Origin: a virus
Lineage: Duplodnaviria; Caudoviricetes
IMG/VR virus record: IMGVR_UViG_3300024346_000003
Direction: 5' to 3' (one strand)
Length of the DNA: 64,000 nt
In this document: positions 59,129 through 64,000 of the stretch, one piece after another
Position numbering within the stretch: position 1 is the stretch's first letter
Layout of the letters: each line of letters opens with the position of its first letter
Notes under the pieces: model-generated
Seen by the model: only the letters and a program-made list of their open reading frames with translations
Databases searched by the model: none
Told to the model about the DNA's origin: nothing
Made by a program: the position numbers and the translations under genes

Positions 59129-60265
59129 ATGTCAGAAAACGTAAACAAAGTAAATGAAGAACAAGTAAACGCTGTTATTGAGAAACTAGAATCAAAAGAT
59201 TTCGGTATTTATTTCTTCACATTAGACACTAAAGGTAACCCAGTAGCTGGTGTTGCAAACATTTATGAACATGTAAAAGTTCTAAACGAATTGGGTTATA
59301 AAGCCACAATTCTACATGAAAAAAATGATTACAAAAAATTCGGTGATGAAGATGAAAATGGATTGGCTGATTGGTTAGGTGAAGAGTATGCAAATCTACC
59401 TCACGTATCAATTGAAGATGGTGCATTAAATGTTGGACCACAAGATTTTTTAATCATCCCAGAGGTATTCTCAACTATAATGCAACAAAAAGAAGTTAGG
59501 TCACTACCTTGTAAAAAAATTGTATTTTCACAAAGTCATGAATACATTTTTGAATTGCTACCATTAGGTAGAAGATGGACTGACTTTGGATTTAATGATG
59601 TAATCACAACGTCAACAAAACAAGGTGATTATTTAAAATCATTATTCCCAAGTATTCAATCACATGTGGTTCCAGTTGCAATATCTAGCAAATTTAAACC
59701 ATCAGATAAACCAAAATTACCAATCGTTACTATACACGCTAGAAATCAAAGTGATGTAGCTAAAATCACAAAAGCATTCTATTTACAATACCCAATTTAT
59801 AAATGGTTAACATTTAAAGAATTAAGAGGATTATCAAAAGCACAATTTGCTGATGAGTTATCAAAATCTTGTTTAGCTATTTGGGTTGATGATGTTGCTG
59901 GATTTGGGACATTCCCATTAGAAGCGATTGAATGTAATACACCAGTAATTGCAAAAATACCAAATATGGTTCCAGAATGGATGGAAGAAATCGATTCAGA
60001 TGGTCAAGCACTTTTAAAATATAACGGTCTATGGACTAATACAACATTAAACATTCCTGAATTAATCTCAACATATATGAAAGTTTGGTTGGAAGATTCA
60101 GTACCACAAGAATTAATGGATGGTATGGATGAAGTTAAAGGTGTATATAGTGAAGAAAACCAAAAAGTTAAAATTGAAGAAGTTTACGGTTCCCTAGTTC
60201 AAAATAGAATTGGTGAATTCAAAAACATAATTGATTCTATTAATGTAGAATCAGCAACTAAATAA
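59129..60265 (+). CDS. GT-B (GT4-like) glycosyltransferase
   Basis: GVANIYEHV, LIIPE, AIWVDDVAGFGTFPLEAIEC.TPVI. Confidence 0.75.
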   Translation: MSENVNKVNEEQVNAVIEKLESKDFGIYFFTLDTKGNPVAGVANIYEHVKVLNELGYKATILHEKNDYKKFGDEDENGLADWLGEEYANLPHVSIEDGALNVGPQDFLIIPEVFSTIMQQKEVRSLPCKKIVFSQSHEYIFELLPLGRRWTDFGFNDVITTSTKQGDYLKSLFPSIQSHVVPVAISSKFKPSDKPKLPIVTIHARNQSDVAKITKAFYLQYPIYKWLTFKELRGLSKAQFADELSKSCLAIWVDDVAGFGTFPLEAIECNTPVIAKIPNMVPEWMEEIDSDGQALLKYNGLWTNTTLNIPELISTYMKVWLEDSVPQELMDGMDEVKGVYSEENQKVKIEEVYGSLVQNRIGEFKNIIDSINVESATK

Positions 60266-60274
60266 TATTTTATT

Positions 60275-61057
60275 ATGAATAATATAACAGTAATTATCCC
60301 ATTACATGAGGTTTCAGAAGATACTGAAAAATTATATGAAAACGCCATTAAAAGCGTTGAAGAACAAACGGTAAAACCAACACAGGTTTTAATCGTTACA
60401 CCTAAAGGTAGTGAAGCTAATTCATTTGCTAATAAATTTGACTATAAAACAATTAAAGACTTAGTTAAGGTTATTGAGAATGATGGTAAAACAGACTTCG
60501 CATCACAAATTAATTTTGGTGTTGCTAATTGTGAAACTGAATGGTTTTCTATCTTAGAATACGATGATGAGTATTCAAAAATTTGGTTCAAAAATGTTCA
60601 AACATATGTTGATGCATATCCAGAAGTTGATATCTTTATGCCAATAATCGTTGACGTTGATGAATTCGGTCAATTTATCGGATTTACAAATGAAGCGGTT
60701 TGGGCTAATAGTTTTTCAGAAGAACTTGGTATCCTAGACAAAGATGCATTATTAGCATACCAAAATTTCAATATTGATGGTATTGTTATGAAAAAAGAAT
60801 CTTATGAAATGTATGGTGGTTTTAAATCAAATATGAAATTAACATTTATTTATGAATTCTTATTAAGAATGACATATAAATCATGTAAAGTAATGACAAT
60901 ACCTAGATTTGGGTACAAACATGTTAACCAAAGAGTTGGGTCATTATTCCATAGCTATAAACTTAGTATGAATCCAGTTGAAGCCAACTGGTGGTTAAAT
61001 AAAGCTAAATCTGAGTTTTATCACGAACAAGATAGAGAGATAAGCTATACCGAATAA
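60275..61057 (+). CDS. GT2 glycosyltransferase
   Basis: ITVIIPLH, FASQINFG, FSILEYDDEY, YEFLLR. Confidence 0.75.
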   Translation: MNNITVIIPLHEVSEDTEKLYENAIKSVEEQTVKPTQVLIVTPKGSEANSFANKFDYKTIKDLVKVIENDGKTDFASQINFGVANCETEWFSILEYDDEYSKIWFKNVQTYVDAYPEVDIFMPIIVDVDEFGQFIGFTNEAVWANSFSEELGILDKDALLAYQNFNIDGIVMKKESYEMYGGFKSNMKLTFIYEFLLRMTYKSCKVMTIPRFGYKHVNQRVGSLFHSYKLSMNPVEANWWLNKAKSEFYHEQDREISYTE

Positions 61058-61067
61058 AATAAGTATA

Positions 61068-61817
61068 ATGGCTAAGCAAAGAGGACGAAAAAGGACGAAT
61101 GACTTATATTTTGGCCCAGAAGAAGAAGCAGCTGTTATAAGATTTTTAGGATGTAATGATGAAATAGAAAGGAATGCAATCTACAATGAATGGTTAAGAG
61201 CACCATTTAATAAAATGATTGAATCGATAATCAGAAGGTATAAATTATATAGAAAAGGGGTGTCATTTGAAGATTTACATTCTGACACCCTATCCTTCCT
61301 GATAACAAAAGCAGATAAATTTGATATAAATTCTGGTAAAAAAGCCTATTCTTACTATGGGACAATTTGTAAACACTATATACTAGGTTTACTAATAAAA
61401 GACGATGGTAATACTAAACAATTATATTCATATGAAGACTTAAGTCAATCATATTTAGATGATAGAGTAGATTTACAATATGAGATTGATGATAAAGATT
61501 TTACTTTAGATAAATTCATAATAAAACTAACTGATGGGATTAAAGTTGAAATTGATAATAATGAAAACTTACCACCCAAGAAAAAATTAAATGAAAATGA
61601 AGTAAAAGTGGGTTATGCACTTATTGATATTTTAGAAAATTGGGAACAAACATTAGATGTTATGAATGGTGGTTCAAAGTTTAATAAAAATTCAGTACTT
61701 GAAACCATGCGAAATTATACAAATTTGTCGACAAAAGACATTAGGTCGTCAATGAAAAGATATAAAGATATATACGCTATATTAAAAATAGATGGATTAG
61801 AAAACGGATTTGAATAA
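61068..61817 (+). CDS. phage sigma-factor-like protein (T4 gp55-like)
   Basis: Region-2-like FNKMIESIIRRY...DLHSDTLSFL..KADKFD..SGKKAYSYYGTICKHY. Confidence 0.5.
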   Translation: MAKQRGRKRTNDLYFGPEEEAAVIRFLGCNDEIERNAIYNEWLRAPFNKMIESIIRRYKLYRKGVSFEDLHSDTLSFLITKADKFDINSGKKAYSYYGTICKHYILGLLIKDDGNTKQLYSYEDLSQSYLDDRVDLQYEIDDKDFTLDKFIIKLTDGIKVEIDNNENLPPKKKLNENEVKVGYALIDILENWEQTLDVMNGGSKFNKNSVLETMRNYTNLSTKDIRSSMKRYKDIYAILKIDGLENGFE

Positions 61818-61832
61818 AAAAATCCGTTTTTT
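61801..61832 (+). terminator. intrinsic terminator overlapping the sigma stop codon
   Basis: AAAACGGATT-N10-AATCCGTTTT followed by TT. Confidence 0.7.
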
Positions 61833-61834
61833 AT

Positions 61835-61842
61835 GTATTTAT
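61835..61842 (+). promoter_or_regulatory. putative late promoter variant GTATTTAT
   Basis: Directly after the terminator, upstream of the next operon. Confidence 0.5.
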
Positions 61843-61872
61843 AGTATATAACAATAATCAATTTGATTTATT

Positions 61873-62256
61873 ATGCCTAGAAAGAAAAAACAAGAAGTTA
61901 GAATAAATAGTACTGATAGCCTTGAGGGGTTATGTCAGGAAGCATATAATGATTCATGTGCTCAAATAAATGATGCACAAAGAACCATAAATGAAATGGC
62001 AAGTTCAGCAAACCCAGTTGATGTCGATGATTTGACTAAACTAGCTAAAGCTAAAGTTGATGCTTTAAAAATTAAAGATTCAGCTATAAAGATAAAGCTT
62101 GAAATTGCTAAACTACAAAATGATATCCTTAAGCACAATGGTGATGCGGATTCTGCGATTAAAGATAGAAGTAATGGCACAGTATCTTTAGATGATTTCT
62201 CTAAAGTTAGGGAAATGATTAAAAATGGACCAAATAACAATATTGAAAACGAATAA
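61873..62256 (+). CDS. hypothetical helical protein
   Basis: 127 aa, coiled-coil character. Confidence 0.6.
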   Translation: MPRKKKQEVRINSTDSLEGLCQEAYNDSCAQINDAQRTINEMASSANPVDVDDLTKLAKAKVDALKIKDSAIKIKLEIAKLQNDILKHNGDADSAIKDRSNGTVSLDDFSKVREMIKNGPNNNIENE

Positions 62257-62258
62257 AT

Positions 62259-63761
62259 ATGTCTATCATCGACCAAAAGACTAAAGTGATGAGTAGCATT
62301 TCATCTTTGAATGTTATCACTGAAGGTTTACCGAAATTTAAATTAACCAATTCATTCGCAAGTATGAATAATGGTACGAATGTTACTGATTTTTTAATTG
62401 ATTTGGTACAATCGTTAATCGGTTATGATGAACTTAAGTTAAATGTTGTTGATATATTTAGTAAAAAATTACCTGAAATAGAGTCTGAAATTAAAAAAGT
62501 ATTAAAGTTACAACTTAAAGGGTATGTTAGTTGTGGTGTAAATCCATCGATACCAGCCTGGTTACAAAGTACTGGTGCTGGTGTAACCTCAAAATTAACT
62601 AATATTGATTTTTTTGAAATAACTAAATCAGACCCTAAATCACCATTTGGTTTTTTAATTTATAGTGATTTTGAATCAGGGTTAAATAGTACTGATTTTA
62701 ACACATTCCTATACTCAAATATAGAACAAAATAAAGGTGATTTTGCTGTCGATGGTGGTACAGCAAGTCCTTGGGGCTCATCAACTGGTGCGGGTGATAT
62801 TATTGACTTAAAATTCAGTCCAGTTGGGACTACTAATAATAACATTGTTAAAATAACGGCAAATGCTAGTTACGATAATAAAACATTAACAGAGTTTAAT
62901 AATGATTTTATAGATAGTATTACACTATTCGGTGACCCAAATAATATTGATGGTAGCAAAATACTAAATGCAATTATTGATAATTTATTTGGAACAATTG
63001 CTGTTACAGTTGGTAAAACTAAAAAACAATTAAAAAAAGAAGCTGAGATTAATGAATGTTTAGAGTGTATATTAAATTCTGATGAAAATGATGTTATTGA
63101 TGATAGTTATTTTACATTTGATAATGCACAGTTAACAAAAATCGAAATCCAAGCATCAAATAGAAAATTGGGTATTAGAGTTTTAGAAACATGTGGTAAC
63201 TTACCAGCTGAGATACCAATTGCAACTTTAATGGATATTAATATGTCACTAAGTGCAGCAACAAATAATACAACTGGTACTACTAGTTTAGAGGTGGCTA
63301 AATCTCAAGCTATGGCAAAAGCAATTGACGCACTGGCTGAGGCTCAAGCATCAAACGCAGCAACAATTAACGTACCAACAGTTAAACTAGATTTTATTTT
63401 AGAATTGATTAAAAATTTCATGAAATCAATTATAAACATAGTAATATCACCAAAATTAGTGACATTATTTATAGTTAATTTTAAAATTTTATATGGTCAA
63501 CTATCTGAATATGATGGGCCGATTGATTTTATGAAAAAAAATAAAAATTTAATAGTTGACATTTCTAAAACTGTTTTAGAACAAGTAATTAAAATGTTAT
63601 TAGCTTTAGTTTTAAAACATATTACTATTAAATTAGCTAAAAAATATGCTGATGATACTATTGAAAAAGCTAAAAACTATATTGCACAAATACTTACATT
63701 GATAGGTATATCACCAGATATAATAAGACAAATCCAAGGGTTGGATTATGTTGGAGGTTAA
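62259..63761 (+). CDS. hypothetical (probably structural) protein
   Basis: 500 aa in a putative late operon. Confidence 0.55.
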   Translation: MSIIDQKTKVMSSISSLNVITEGLPKFKLTNSFASMNNGTNVTDFLIDLVQSLIGYDELKLNVVDIFSKKLPEIESEIKKVLKLQLKGYVSCGVNPSIPAWLQSTGAGVTSKLTNIDFFEITKSDPKSPFGFLIYSDFESGLNSTDFNTFLYSNIEQNKGDFAVDGGTASPWGSSTGAGDIIDLKFSPVGTTNNNIVKITANASYDNKTLTEFNNDFIDSITLFGDPNNIDGSKILNAIIDNLFGTIAVTVGKTKKQLKKEAEINECLECILNSDENDVIDDSYFTFDNAQLTKIEIQASNRKLGIRVLETCGNLPAEIPIATLMDINMSLSAATNNTTGTTSLEVAKSQAMAKAIDALAEAQASNAATINVPTVKLDFILELIKNFMKSIINIVISPKLVTLFIVNFKILYGQLSEYDGPIDFMKKNKNLIVDISKTVLEQVIKMLLALVLKHITIKLAKKYADDTIEKAKNYIAQILTLIGISPDIIRQIQGLDYVGG

Positions 63762-63773
63762 AATTAAATAATT

Positions 63774-64000
63774 ATGGCAGATTGTAAACCAACGAAAAAA
63801 AGTGGACCAGTAACGAAAACTGGGTTAAGCTCAATATCACAAGTACTTAAATTATTATTAGGTGCATTTAACTTAATGCAAAAACCAGCACAAACAATAC
63901 CACCGTTTTTATTATTAGCGGGTGCTGAACTTAGACCTGGTATGAGTGGTCGAGATTTAGCGGCAAACGTAATATCTAGGATGGAATCTGATGCTGGAAT
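63774..64000 (+). CDS. hypothetical protein, 5' part (partial)
   Basis: MADCKPTKKSGPVTKTG...LRPGMSGRDLAANVISRMESDAG, open to the window end. Confidence 0.55.
   Translation, partial: MADCKPTKKSGPVTKTGLSSISQVLKLLLGAFNLMQKPAQTIPPFLLLAGAELRPGMSGRDLAANVISRMESDAG

Noticed and set aside
44588-61057. Bacterial capsule/O-antigen locus (host chromosome)
   Set aside because: Interleaved with phage genes, carries the phage late motif, and has no transport or polymerase genes.
56628-62845. Short antisense ORFs opposite plus-strand genes (also 40599-47640, 48231-52862 and others)
   Set aside because: Fully nested opposite well-supported genes; hydrophobic composition typical of AT-rich antisense frames.
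1-64000. tRNA/rRNA genes
   Set aside because: Intergenic gaps are short and none shows a cloverleaf or T-loop signature by eye.

Overview
This 64 kb window is AT-rich, densely coded and appears to come from a large, distantly T4-like (jumbo) tailed phage, probably of a Bacteroidota host. Host evidence is TAnnTTTG-type promoters and A-rich leaders without Shine-Dalgarno sequences. Contents: (i) a mostly minus-strand block of neck/tail-completion genes and very large repeat-rich fibre genes (Gly-Thr-Ser triplet tracts, 14-aa SHAEG YadA-like repeats, 34-aa TGGTY repeats, Asn-rich beta-helix, S74 chaperone domain); (ii) family-B DNA polymerase, SNF2 helicase, glutaredoxin, dUTPase, GMP reductase/IMPDH-like enzyme, PhoH and a gp55-like sigma factor; (iii) about 20 glycan genes (two AAH/TibC-like protein O-heptosyltransferase homologues, GT2/GT4/GT-D/fucosyltransferase-like enzymes, Gmd, WecB, DegT-like aminotransferase, acyltransferase, cupin, two FkbM methyltransferases). 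Two candidates stand out. First, a free-standing Vsr-like (EDxHD-type) homing endonuclease sits directly upstream of a glycosyltransferase gene whose conserved N-terminus is broken by GGC-TGA-A-GGT inside two RNA hairpins; this resembles a miniature T4 gene 60/mobA-style ribosomal-bypass cassette. Second, the window suggests a phage-encoded virion O-glycosylation system in which AAH/TibC-like enzymes may target the [S/T]-G motifs that saturate the fibre proteins. All family assignments are from motif recognition by eye; no searches were run.
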